Shown: positions 39,325 through 52,264, numbered from the whole stretch's first letter. The stretch: 63,796 nucleotides of DNA, filler included, from Octopus bimaculoides (GCF_001194135.2; 7 parts of 6 records of this genome joined end to end with filler, not necessarily neighbours in it), one strand, 5' to 3'. Notes: a model not told the origin generated them from the sequence alone. Program-made: numbers and translations.

Positions 39325-40169
39325 AAATATCTTGAAATGTGAGATTATTATTTGTTATAAATTTGGCACTATATTACTGTAATTCAGGCCAATTATTTGG
39401 CCATAAATAGTTCAATTGACCTGTGTGGTCTGGGTGGTTGGCAGTATGGACGGTAGAGCAGTAAGCCCGCTAACCTGAAATCCCTGAGCCGTAGCAGTGA
39501 ATGGTGTCGAAGCGGTGCGTAACGAATGCAGTGGAGTGGTGGGTGAAGGCCCGTGGTGAAGTGGTGAACGGTGGGAAACAGGGACAGAAAAAGCAGTAGA
39601 TGAGGCGTGCATTATAAAGCTGAATGTACCTCAGCCGTTAACCCATTTATGCAAATGCCTAAGGGACTTTTTCCATCACTGTACACACGCACGGAAGCAC
39701 CCCTGCTCACACATAAGCACGGCCATATNNNNNNNNNNNNNNNNNNNNNNNNNNNNNNNNNNNNNNNNNNNNNNNNNNNNNNNNNNNNNNNNNNNNNNNN
39801 NNNNNNNNNNNNNNNNNNNNNNNNNNNNNNNNNNNNNNNNNNNNNNNNNNNNNNNNNNNNNNNNNNNNNNNNNNNNNNNNNNNNNNNNNNNNNNNNNNNN
39901 NNNNNNNNNNNNNNNNNNNNNNNNNNNNNNNNNNNNNNNNNNNNNNNNNNNNNNNNNNNNNNNNNNNNNNNNNNNNNNNNNNNNNNNNNNNNNNNNNNNN
40001 NNNNNNNNNNNNNNNNNNNNNNNNNNNNNNNNNNNNNNNNNNNNNNNNNNNNNNNNNNNNNNNNNNNNNNNNNNNNNNNNNNNNNNNNNNNNNNNNNNNN
40101 NNNNNNNNNNNNNNNNNNNNNNNNNNNNNNNNNNNNNNNNNNNNNNNNNNNNNNNNNNNNNNNNNNNNN

Positions 40170-40232
<63 letters not shown>

Positions 40233-40568
40233 AGCAAGTGCGCGCACAAATGCAAGATAAACAAGAGAGGAAAATGAAAGAAAGGTCAGCTGTTGATTGA
40301 AGTGGTTAATTGTTTCCTGGGATCAAACGAGCAAAGATCTTGTCGCAAGAATGAAACGGCTGTCATATTATCCTGTTGCAAATATCGAAATAAATATTAA
40401 TTAAAACCGACATCTTATATAATCACTTTGAAGTACATGCGCAGATAAATACGCCACTGTTTTCCTGCTTTGCAATGTATACAACCGTACTGATAGGCGT
40501 GTACATAACTGCAAATATACACATACATACATACATACATACATACATACATGCATACATACATGCAT

Positions 40569-40605
<37 letters not shown>

Positions 40606-40619
40606 CATATACATATATA

Positions 40620-40666
<47 letters not shown>

Positions 40667-41488
40667 ATATAATATATATACACATACATATATATGCATA
40701 TATGTATATACATATATATGTATANNNNNNNNNNNNNNNNNNNNNNNNNNNNNNNNNNNNNNNNNNNNNNNNNNNNNNNNNNNNNNNNNNNNNNNNNNNN
40801 NNNNNNNNNNNNNNNNNNNNNNNNNNNNNNNNNNNNNNNNNNNNNNNNNNNNNNNNNNNNNNNNNNNNNNNNNNNNNNNNNNNNNNNNNNNNNNNNNNNN
40901 NNNNNNNNNNNNNNNNNNNNNNNNNNNNNNNNNATATATATACATATATATGTATATATATGTATATATATTTATACACACAAACATGCATATACACACA
41001 AATGTGTGTGCAGTGTATGTATAGATGTATTGGACGAAAGCGAATAACCATCTGTCTAGTAACAACGAATATGAACACAAACTTGAAGATCACCCTGTGA
41101 TGCGGTTCATTCAAGCATAAATAAACATATAGGGTGAAACGAACACAAACATCCATTCATTTGTGTGTACATATATGTGTATATATATTAATGTGTATGT
41201 GTATATATGTATGTATGTATATATATGTATGTCAGGTCTCTCACAAGTGCTACTGGTAACATGGAATCCAGTACAACCTGTTGCATGGTCGGGTTGTCGG
41301 CGATTAAACCGGCACCCCCACCCTTGTGAGGAGGGTTGCTAGAAACCCAGCAGGATTAAAAACAAGACCTATTGAAAGGTCGGACGAACCTAGTGCAGGC
41401 CCAATGGCTGTCTAGCAATAGCATGGGTACGCAGAAATTCAAGGATGCCGTCCGACATGCTAGAAGACCACTGGGCGTGAGGCACCCC

Positions 41489-41764
41489 GTGGCAGAATGA
41501 ATTCAGAATGAATAATGAATATCTATTTAAGCCTACTATAATTTGGAGAGTAGCAGAAGGAAATAGTGGGGATCAAAATGTAGGAGTGGTGAGATAGTTA
41601 TTTATGTTTATGTTTATTTATAAGATTTTATGCAGCTTACAGTCTACAATAAAGTTTTAAAAAAAAAAACTATATCACCACTCCTGTATCTTGATCCCCA
41701 CTATTTCCCTAAATTATAGTAGGCTTAAATAGATATGTATTAATCTCTGAATTCATTCAGCCAC
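41489..41764. mobile_element. Foldback/MITE-like element with ~100-bp inverted arms (41489-41599 / 41668-41764)
   Basis: gtggcagaatgaattcaga..atatctatttaagcctactataattt..ggaaatagtggggatcaa..aggagtggtga.atagtt is mirrored in reverse complement in the right arm. Confidence 0.75.
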
Positions 41765-41929
41765 AAATATAACATAAGGAAACAACTGGCTTGGTGCTTC
41801 AGTTTAAGTACCTAATTCAACTGAATCCTATATTTATATAAAACGAATGATTGAACCGTCTCATTACCCAGTCATAACCTTTTTGGTGCTGTGTAAGACA
41901 GCTTCTTCCTGGGCGAAAGCAATGCTGAG

Positions 41930-43170
41930 TGCTAGTCAGCAAGTCAATTTCTTCTAAGAACCTGATTAGCTTTCTTCTGATAATTTATTCTTTGAATTCA
42001 CTGATATGTGAAGTCAAAGCGATAGGTCTGTAAATTTTCGCATCTGCTCTGCTTCCACTTGTAAGAATAAGACATATAACTTCCTTCAACATTTTGGGGG
42101 ATTTTCCATTTGTCAGGAATCTTTGAAAGCGTAAACTGGAGTGGCTTTGCTTCAGCTCGTTTATATGTTTTCGTAGGAGTAGTGCATGGAATCCATCGTG
42201 GCCCGTTGCAGGCGTTAAATACATTTCATCTTTTTTTTTTTTTTATCGGTTTTGTTACAAACAAGACTTGAGGCCGAGCCAGCGTAAGGATCAACAAAGA
42301 AGGAAAAGAAAAGGGCGTACAAATTCAAAAAATATCGATTGAAAGAAAACTTAAAGGACTGAACATCTTAGACCAGAAGAAAAAAAAGATGATATATTGA
42401 GTTCCAGAGAGCAGTAGGTTGGGGGAAGAAGCTATTAGAATAAAAATACTTACGACTAACAGAAAGCTCAAGAGAGAACAATGACCATAGAAATACTTAC
42501 AGAAAAAGTCTGTCTATGCCTGAAATTACATTTTCCTCCAATCGATGGTTTCCATCCCCTTATGTATAATTGTTGTAATAAAGAACTGCCTCGTCTTATT
42601 TGACTGTCTCAATATGGAGATGAGAACACTTTGAAATTGCTCATTCAACATTTCAATTATTGTTATGGGATCTGTTATTGACTAATTGTCTCTTTGAAAT
42701 AAAGGTCAATTTTGTGATGTACTGTAGATGAGACTCATGCAAATTTCTAAAAACTTTCGGGGTTTTGTTTCTATATTTTCCATAACCTTGCTTTCTGACC
42801 TCCCCTTATCATCATAGTGCTTTGTTATCTATTTCTTGCATTGTCCTATTATCTTTTTCTTGCATTATTTTCTGATAAACTATTTAAGCGATTCAAGATC
42901 GTTGTTTTGCGTATCATGAAAACTTACCTTATATTTGGAAAGTTCTCAAACATATAATGGGAATAATATGTTCGTTCGTCATAGCCTTTCCTTAGACGAT
43001 TTCATTAATGTATCCAACTTGCATAATTGACATATATTAAGTTACTGGTCATTGCCCTGTACAGAGAGATTTTTCAGGTCAGTCTTGTTTTAGCATCTCC
43101 TTTAGAATCGATTTCCAGTTAGCATTATGAAAATAAAGGCTGGACATGGCTTTGACTTGTCTAACAAGGT
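41930..43170 (-). mobile_element. CR1-type LINE ORF2 fragment (linker to start of RT), interrupted
   Basis: Peptides ENIETKPRKF, ITDPITIIEMLNEQFQSV, ATGHDGF and GSRADAKIYRPIALTS match the CR1 linker and NYRPISLTS motif. Confidence 0.75.
42230..42520 (-). mobile_element. Poly(A)-tailed retroposed fragment inserted in the CR1 copy
   Basis: T-run at ~42230-42244 (poly(A) on minus); CR1 similarity resumes on both sides. Confidence 0.35.
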
Positions 43171-43414
43171 GTGTGTATCTACGTTGTAAGTTCTTTTAAG
43201 TCATATTCCGACAAAATCATCGATGTTACATAAACATTCTTATATGCGTGTGTATGAGCGTGTTTATACACACACACACGCACACACGCACAAACACACA
43301 CATACACACACACACATGTATATATATAGATATGCATATACATAGATATACATATACATATATACATACACACACACACATAATATATACATACACACAT
43401 ATATATATATATAT

Positions 43415-43476
<62 letters not shown>

Positions 43477-43479
43477 GTG

Positions 43480-43790
43480 TTTCAGGCTGACCAATGCCTA
43501 GTAAATGATCTTAGTAGATGGATACTGTACGGAATCCCGTTGCAAATGTATATATCATGTGTATTTCTATATGTGGTGTATGTGTTTGTTTTTGTTTCCA
43601 TTCCACTGCTTGATGACTTTTGTTGTTTTGTTTACGAGACCTTATCTTATCGGTTCGGAAAAAGAAAACCGATGGAATAAGAACCAGACTTTAAAATAAG
43701 TATCGGGGTCGATTTGTAGGACTACACTCTTCAAGGCGATGCCCTAGCGTGCCCGCAGTTCAATGAATGAAAGAAGTAAAAGATAAAGGA
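43480..43790 (+). mobile_element. SINE family A, diverged
   Basis: atcggttcggaaaaagaaaaccgatggaataag..ggggtcgatttg..cttcaaggcgatgccctagc matches the family A 3' half. Confidence 0.65.
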
Positions 43791-44008
43791 TATTCAACCC
43801 AATTATATTTTGTGGGTAACTAATCTGGATTTGGACAAAGAAATACCTTTATATATTTTCAATTTAGTATGAATTCTACAACAAATATCTGATACCAAAT
43901 AATTGGTAAAAATAGGACCTTCGTGACCAGTCTGATCGAAGGCAAAGTGAAAAAGAATGACACCGCCTTAGGCAGTCACGGGTCGCGTGATAGTGGGAGG
44001 ATGGTAAC

Positions 44009-44053
<45 letters not shown>

Positions 44054-44424
44054 GAAACAGACAGACAGAGACAGAGTGGTACAAAAATATTCCAAGAATA
44101 TTTCTACAAATGGGTAAAAAATGAATGAGTGGTTGCGTTACATAAATAATATTTTCAGGATTAAATAAAAAAACAAACGGAAAATATGTCTTGCAGCCTT
44201 AAAGCTTTATTTGTTGTATATGTATTATTTTCATTTTAATTGTTGTTTTCGTATGGCCCTAAGTTTTTCTGTTTATTGTTTTGTCCTTCTTCCGTTTACT
44301 AACGGTCTCGTCTCGAGCCTGCCTCGTGTTGTTATGTTTTGGTCCCATTCACAGCAAGTTTCTTGCCGGTGCTTGCAGATTCAAAATATATGCATACACA
44401 TGTACATACATACATGCATGCATG

Positions 44425-45200
44425 CTGGACTGGCTTAAGTAAACAGAAACTTGGAGAGGAAATAGGTAGCATACCATCAAAAAGGAATACATGGGTCCAT
44501 ATTCCGAAGGTAGAGGATAGCATTAGCATTGACAGGAATAGTTGTCTCTTATGGACATATGATAGATACATCACATCCCACCTAGAAGGATATGCTTTTA
44601 GTTGTCCACAAACAGGAGATAGCTATTAAATACATGATAAACAAGGGACATAAAGATGCCATCAAAACTCCACCTTATGATAAAAAATGTCGGCTTTGCT
44701 ATACCAGAGTGGAAGGTATCGCCCATATCATCATCAGCTACCGCAAAATGTGTACGAGATTCTACCGGACCTAAAGTATCGTGTAGTTGCAAAGACTATA
44801 TTCAAAGCTATCTGCTGGAAGGATTGCTCTGATGTATATATATTAAAGGCATGTCAGAACCAGCAGGTATTCAAACATAATAGACCTGATGTTATTCTGT
44901 AGAATAGTGAGCAAAAGTAATTCACTGCTGTAGAGGTCAGTTGTCCAGCGGATGTGAATGTACCATCAAAAGTTCAGGAAAGACAGAACATTTATGGTGA
45001 ACTGATGCGGAACTTACAGCACTTGTACCCTGTCAATGAATTTTCATTTGTATCTATTATCATAGGTGCTTGAGGCTATGTACCTACAAATTAACACAAA
45101 CTTCTAGAAATTCAAGTTCTTACGAAGAAAGAACAAAAGAAACTGACGCAGATTCTCCAAATCCAATCTATTAGCTGCACAGTGAATACATTCCAATGAT
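44425..45200 (+). mobile_element. R4/Dong-like non-LTR retrotransposon, CCHC and endonuclease region
   Basis: DRYITSHLEGYAF, KQEIAIKYMI, DKKCRLC..EGIAHII, HNRPDVIL, then VEVSCPADVNV..LYP..F..IIIGA across frameshifts. Confidence 0.75.
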
Positions 45201-45429
45201 TCTCCATCTGAGATTCTTTAGATGAATAGGTGCACACACTTGGGTGCGTATGCATCGAAAGCTCAATCAACACACTAACTCAACCACATATTTACAAACA
45301 CTGGAAACCCTCTTAACTCAAAAAGTCTTCTCACTTCGTTAGCAACTGGTTTGAACTCTTTTAAAAAGAGTTTAAATAAAATTCAAAGGAAAAATCACAC
45401 ACATACATACATACATACATACATACATT

Positions 45430-45675
45430 TCTAGCCATTGCTGGAAAGAATCATTGAAACGAGTTATTAATGATGCAGTGTGAGGCCCTTGCATGATTCT
45501 TGAGCCCGGCCAAAGATTTGCACATTCTATTGCATAATGCACAGCTGCGCCGGCTGACAGAAGGTACAGGTGCCACAGTATGAAGTCTTTTCACATGACT
45601 TCTCAATCTTCCAACTGAACGGCACACCTTCCCACAGGTTGCACATAACCTGTTGTGAACAAACGCCGTATCACA

Positions 45676-45707
<32 letters not shown>

Positions 45708-46290
45708 GCATACATACATACATACATACATACATACATACATACATTTGTTGTAGGCACTCCGTCGCTTACGACGTCGAGGGATCCAGTTGATCCGACC
45801 AACGGAACAGCCTGCTCGTGAAATTAACGTGCAAGTGGCTGAGCACTCCACAGACACGTGTACCCTTAACGTAGTTCTCGGGGATATTCAGCGTGACACA
45901 GTGTGACAAGGCTGACCCTTTGAATTACAGGCACAACAGAAACAGAAAGTAAGAGTGAGAGAAAGTTGTGGTGAAAGAGTACAGCAGGGTTCGCCACCAT
46001 CCCCTGCCAGAGCCTCGTGGAGCTTTTAGGTGTTTTCGCTCAATAAACAAAATAATGGATTGTTATACAAAGCGGATGACCTGTTGATTCAAGACTGATT
46101 TTGCTTTCAGTTCTTTAAGATGATCCAGACGGTTCGATTCATAGTTTTTCTTGGCTTTACATCTGTATTCACTACGATTCAATGCAGTCTTTTTTAATGT
46201 TTGTGGGAGAATCTTCGTCTCTTTCAAGTTACCTTTGAATTTGTCCTTGTACCTTATGAATGGCCTTCCTCTGCACGTTTCCTTCACTCA
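45430..46290 (-). mobile_element. RTE-type LINE 3' end with two C2H2-like fingers, interrupted by a SINE
   Basis: GRPFIRYKDKFKGNLKE..ALNRSEYR (46063-46287) is the RTE C-terminal motif; CATCGKVCRSVGRLRSHVKRLH and CALCNRMCKSLAGLKNHARASH (about 45480-45660) follow after the insertion; (TGTA)n tail ~45400-45427. Confidence 0.7.
45748..46030 (-). mobile_element. Third SINE-like family (D), ending cgacggagtgcctacaacaa plus (TGTA)n
   Basis: Complex 280-bp segment splitting the RTE fragment; a diverged partial copy lies at ~58395-58480 (+). Confidence 0.6.
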
Positions 46291-46316
46291 TGGAACTCTC
46301 TCTCTCTTTCTCTCCG

Positions 46317-46348
<32 letters not shown>

Positions 46349-46349
46349 T

Positions 46350-46742
46350 TCTTTTATTCTATTATTTGTTTCAGACAATTGACTGTGGCCATGCTGGAAT
46401 ATCGCCTTTAAGGAGTTTAGTCGAACAATCGACCACAGGACTTATTTTTAAGCCTAGTACTTGTTCTTTTGCCGAACTGCTAAGTTATGGGGACGTAAGC
46501 ACACCAACACTGGTCGTCAAGCCGTGATGTGGGGGACAAACACAGAGACACAAAACACATAGAAATATACATATATACATATATATATACGACGGGCTTC
46601 TTTCAGTTTCCGTCTACCAAATCCACTCAAAAGGCTTTGGTCGGCCCGAAGCTATAGTAGAAGACACTTGCCCAAAGTGTCACGCAGTGAGACTGAACCT
46701 GGAATCATGTGGTTGGGGAGCAAGCTTCTTACCACACCTGCG
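46350..46742 (-). mobile_element. SINE family A, near full length
   Basis: Reverse complement of the family A consensus seen at 11908-12340. Confidence 0.88.
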
Positions 46743-47196
46743 CCAATATATATGTATTTATATTACTTGTAGTTACTTCCGTATCATGGTTTCATACTAG
46801 TAACTAGTATTTTGGATCTAGGGATCTTGAGCGAATTTCCGCATTGGTCGGAAAAGCAGTATTTGCAATGACTATAGGTTAGTATTTTTCTAAATCTTAT
46901 CAATATAATTGCACTCCATCGAAAACCTGTCTCTGAAAAATTGGAACTCATCTCATAATTATTCAGTCAGTTACTCCTCCTCCTCTTCTTCCTCTCTGTC
47001 TATAATTCGGCTTCTCTCACTGTGTGAGAGTAATAGAATTCCTTTACTCATTGCCTGCCATCAAGCCTTGTACCCCTTGAGTGAACTCAGTGTATTTCTC
47101 TGTTACTTTCTCACCCTCAACATGACATAAAGCGTGATTGGACAAATTAACCAGCCGACCAGCCTTGATATCAGCTATTATTAGAGATTGCGTCTG

Positions 47197-47395
47197 AGGC
47201 AGCGAGCTGGCAGAATAGTTACCACGCCGGGCGAAATGTTTGGCGGTATTTCGTCTACTGGGCGGCGGGCTGGCACAAACGTTAGCATGGCAAGCGAAAA
47301 GCTTCGCGGTATTTCGTCTGTCTTTATGTTCCGAGTTCAAATTCCGCCGAGGTCGACTTTGCCTTTCATCCTTTCGAGGTAGATAAATTAAGTAC
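47197..47395 (+). mobile_element. SINE family B with tandemly duplicated head
   Basis: Two successive ggc(a/g)gcg(a/g)gctggca..gcggtatttcgtct heads before a single B-box GAGTTCAAATTCC. Confidence 0.8.
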
Positions 47396-47562
47396 NNNNN
47401 NNNNNNNNNNNNNNNNNNNNNNNNNNNNNNNNNNNNNNNTTAATTAATTAANNNNNNNNNNNNNNNNNNNNNNNNNNNNNNNNNNNNNNNNNNNNAAGAC
47501 TTGTTTATTTTTCTGTTTCTTTTTGCACTCGCTTCGGCTCGCTATATATCTACTCATCTATC

Positions 47563-47669
<107 letters not shown>

Positions 47670-48924
47670 CTCTGTCCTTCTCTCTATCCTACCTCTCTCT
47701 CTCTCTCTCAGACACACTCAAATACATACACGCACACATACACACATATCCTGCCAGTTTTTCCTCCAGTCTCTACTGTTTATCTTTCAGTCTATCTACC
47801 TGTCTCTATCTATCTATCTATCTACCTATCTACCTACCTACCTACCTACCTACCTAATATCCATCTATCTATCTACCTATCTTTCTACCTACCTATCCAT
47901 CCTTACGTATGTATAAGATAATATATAATATATGATTTAATCTGGATAACAAATTTATTGTGTGATTTACAAAGTTCCTCCGCAGGTAGTGGCTACCATA
48001 CGCTACCATACAGTAGGAATTCTTCTTTTACTAGCAAAAGAAAAATTGTAATACGAGGTGGAATGAATAGGCTTCAGTTCATATTATTACAATTGCTTCT
48101 ATTAAACTGAGTGTGTTTGTTTGTTTGTTTGTTTGTTTGTTCGTTTGTACAAGGACACTTGAGGGACAAATTTTAACAAATACTTATTAGAGTAACGCTT
48201 AAAAGAAGCGAGAGAAAGAATCTGGCCGTTTCGGACGGTATTACTTCATCAGAAGATAAGCACAAAAGGAGAGAGAAAGACGGAATGCGTTTGAAGAGAA
48301 AGAAATAAAAAACAGGCGGTAGTGTGTGTGTGTGTGTGTGTGCGTGTGCGTGTGTGTGTGTGTGTGTGCCTGCGTGTGTGTGTGATCTAGCGCTCGTGTA
48401 GTTTGCATGATTATCTCAGTATTTCATACAATTTTCATGTTATTTTCAAAAAGCATCGTAATACAAGTACAAAAGATATCATGTAACAGACTCTTTGATT
48501 ACCCGTATTACACCCGTATTATACACCGTTTGTTTTTCTTACTCTTTAATTCTACCTTTACCCCTCTCTGTTTCAAGACACGTATCATGTACCTCTCTCT
48601 CTCTCTCTATTTTCTATTCGTGTGTGCTTCGTTTTCTGTACTGTCACCATTGCATGGATCGCATGTTCATTCACGCATACATAGGTATCATACATATTAC
48701 ACACACAAACACACACATACACACACACACATACACACGCACGCACGCACAGATACACATGGCTAGTCATGTATTGCCGTGTGTGTGTGTGAGATGCTCG
48801 TTTTTCGTGTGCGTGCACATTTTTCTGTCCAAGCGATATGTTAGTATGTTAATATACAAACCGCACACACATATGTGTGTGTGTGTGTGTGAATGCATAT
48901 ATATTATATGTATATATACATGTA

Positions 48925-48991
<67 letters not shown>

Positions 48992-49224
48992 GTGTGTGTG
49001 TGTGTATGTATGTATATGTGTGTATGTGTGTGTGATATATTCATACATATATATATTATAAATACGTTTATCTGTATGTGTGTGTGTGTGTGTATGTGTG
49101 TACGCGTGTATATATATATATATATATATAATATATATATATATATTTATATATATATATACACACACATAGAAAGACAGGTAGAAAGGAAGAAAAAAAG
49201 AAAGAAAGGAAAAGAGCGTGTGTG

Positions 49225-49273
<49 letters not shown>

Positions 49274-49807
49274 CTTGTTAACAAATAACTCATCAAAAGC
49301 TAAAAATTTTAAATAGATGACAAGACATAAAGATTGGGAGACAGACAGACAGACACAGATAGATAAACAGACAGACAGACTGAGGCACAGACAGCTCGAT
49401 ATACAGAAAGACAAACAGACTGTTGCAGAGACAGCAAAACGGTCAAACGACCAAACAGACCAATAAAATAGAGATGTAGCGACATTAAATGGCTTCTCTG
49501 AAATGTGTAATGCATAATATATATATATGCGTGTGTGTGTGATGTATGTAGTATATGTTTGTATGTCTAGAGATGAGTTTGTAAAAAAATCTGTAATTGT
49601 AAGATAGGTTATGCAATAGATAGCGACATGGGATGTGGCGGCGGGTTCGTTTCATTCAGACTGGGGCGGCAATCAGTCTGATACTGTGTAATATGACGCC
49701 GATCGTTGTGAAAGCAGGGTTAACAATCTAGATATATATACGTATGAGTGTGTGTGCGTGTGTTATGCATATATATACATATATAGAGAGAGGTGGCGTT
49801 TATAGGG

Positions 49808-49980
49808 GTCTGGCGTGGTTGTGTGCTAAGAAGCTTGTTTTTTAATAACATCTTTCCGGGTTCAGTTCCACCGCGTAGCACATACAGCAAGTATTACTTA
49901 TTATGGCCTCGGGCAGAACAAAGTCTTGTGAGTGGATTTCGCAGACGGAAACTGAAACAAGCCCGTCGTGTGTGTGTGTG
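49808..49980 (+). mobile_element. SINE family A, 5' half only
   Basis: ggcgtggttgtgtgctaagaagcttg..ccgggttcagttccaccgcgtagcac..gacggaaactgaaacaagcccgtcg. Confidence 0.75.
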
Positions 49981-49990
49981 TGTGTGTTCA

Positions 49991-50107
49991 TTGATTGATA
50001 TAAGTGTGGAGACTCACAAACAGGAGATGATGTTTCTGTAAAACTATACATAGTTTTTACAGAAACTTCAACTCCTGTTTGTGAGTCTCCACACTTATAT
50101 CAATCAA
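49991..50107. repeat. Near-perfect 117-nt palindrome (56/57-nt arms, 4-nt loop)
   Basis: ttgattgatataagtgtggagactcacaaacaggagatgatgtttctgtaaaacta-taca-tagtttttacagaaacttcaactcctgtttgtgagtctccacacttatatcaatcaa; two mismatches and one bulge. Confidence 0.95.
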
Positions 50108-50447
50108 GTAAGTCTGCATACTTGTATGAGTCAATAAGTACAATGGTCAATTTCCATCGATGTTGAAGTCTACCTCTTTTGCAATCACACACGGTTTGTC
50201 GATATTTAATATTGCATGGAGTTATGAAATCTTTAAATGTGTAACACGCCATATTGATTGCTATAAAAAAAAATTCTCCTGATTATTGAAACGAACGTCA
50301 CTGGGGAAAAATATGTAATACCCCCCACCTTCATTCTTTTGTTTGTTGATAAACGCATACAAACATATATACATACATGTTCATGCATGCATTCATGTAT
50401 GCATACATACATACATACATACATACATACATACATACATACATACA

Positions 50448-50760
50448 AGAGAACATTGTACAGTTGTGGAAATTAGCTGCCCAGAGGATGTTAACTTAAG
50501 AGCTGAAGAACAGTGAAAAAGAGAATACCTACACTGAACTATTGAGAAATCTGCAGTTATTCTCTATCCGGATTACAAGTTCAGGCTTATACCTGTAATT
50601 ATTGAGGTCCTGGGAGATGTAACATACTGCCTAAATACAAATCTTGAGAAATTAGGCTTTTCCAAACCATAAAGGAGAAAGCTAATTCGAAGACTACAGA
50701 TTCTATCCATCACTGAAACAGTAAAAATCTGTAAAACTTTCCAGAAGTTTATCATTTAAG
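50448..50760 (+). mobile_element. R4/Dong-like LINE, 5'-truncated endonuclease C-terminus
   Basis: TVVEISCPEDVN..ELLRNLQ..YPDYKFRLIPVII..LEKLGF..LIRRLQILSITETVKICKTFQKF; same clade as 44425-45200; begins at a (TACA)n tract. Confidence 0.75.
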
Positions 50761-51226
50761 TATATATGAGCATGTCTAGATATGCAACTATATGCATGAG
50801 AATACATCCATAAAGCAAAACATACAAATCTGCACATATACATAAATACATACATACATAAATATATACATACAAACAAACGAAAATACCCTGTTGTTGA
50901 TGTTGAAATTCTAATGGAGCCTTGGTTCTAGGTTAGAAATCTTGAAATAAAATGAATAATGACATACATATATACATATGTGTGCGTGTGTAAACAATAT
51001 GGCATAGGAGCACGACAGAGAGACATACCTAAAAACAGGGAAAACGTTGCACAATTAATGCAAACGTACTCGTTCTTCATCGGTTGTCGACCAAATATCA
51101 TCACTATCTCGACACATCTTCCAGCATATATACTTATATTTTATATACGTATATAATGTATCATTTCGACATCCCCTTTCCGATATATATGTGTTTTGTT
51201 TTTATTTTTACATTTCCAATTTATTC

Positions 51227-51258
<32 letters not shown>

Positions 51259-51975
51259 ATATATANNNNNNNNNNNNNNNNNNNNNNNNNNNNNNNNNNN
51301 NNNNNNNNNNNNNNNNNNNNNNNNNNNNNNNNNNNNNNNNNNNNNNNNNNNNNNNNNNNNNNNNNNNNNNNNNNNNNNNNNNNNNNNNNNNNNNNNNNNN
51401 NNNNNNNNNNNNNNNNNNNNNNNNNNNNNNNNNNNNNNNNNNNNNNNNNNNNNNNNNNNNNNNNNNNNNNNNNNNNNNNNNNNNNNNNNNNNNNNNNNNN
51501 NNNNNNNNNNNNNNNNNNNNNNNNNNNNNNNNNNNNNNNNNNNNNNNNNNNNNNNNNNNNNNNNNNNNNNNNNNNNNNNNNNNNNNNNNNNNNNNNNNNN
51601 NNNNNNNNNNNNNNNNNNNNNNNNNNNNNNNNNNNNNNNNNNNNNNNNNNNNNNNNNNNNNNNNNNNNNNNNNNNNNNNNNNNNNNNNNNNNNNNNNNNN
51701 NNNNNNNNNNNNNNNNNNNNNNNNNNNNNNNNNNNNNNNNATATATCTTATATATATATATATATATCTTATCGTTCCATATATTTTCATTATTTTCATT
51801 TTAAAATATTTTTACTTATTTTCGTTTGCTGCTCTTCATGTTATATTTGATTTACATAATTACAGTTTGACTTCAATCTTTACGCATTTATTACTTATTT
51901 CGCGTTTATGCAGTTACAATATATAGATTTGTATATGTATAAATCTGCATACACGCACACGCGCATACACACTCA

Positions 51976-52007
<32 letters not shown>

Positions 52008-52204
52008 AATGTTTATATATATTTTTGCATATGTCTATGGAAGTATATGTATGCATACAACCACAGAGTTTATGTGTAGACATACATGCAGAGAGATACA
52101 CACACACATGCACACACTCACACACACACATAGGAATCATATGAATATGCGTATATATATATTTGTATATGTATAAATTTGCATGCATACATACAATTTG
52201 CATG

Positions 52205-52264
<60 letters not shown>

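Noticed and set aside
48219-48258. Minus-strand CUGAUGA..CGAAAC hammerhead-like motif
   Set aside because: The stem II 5' strand appears deleted, the triplet reads GCC and stem I is imperfect; at most a dead relic.
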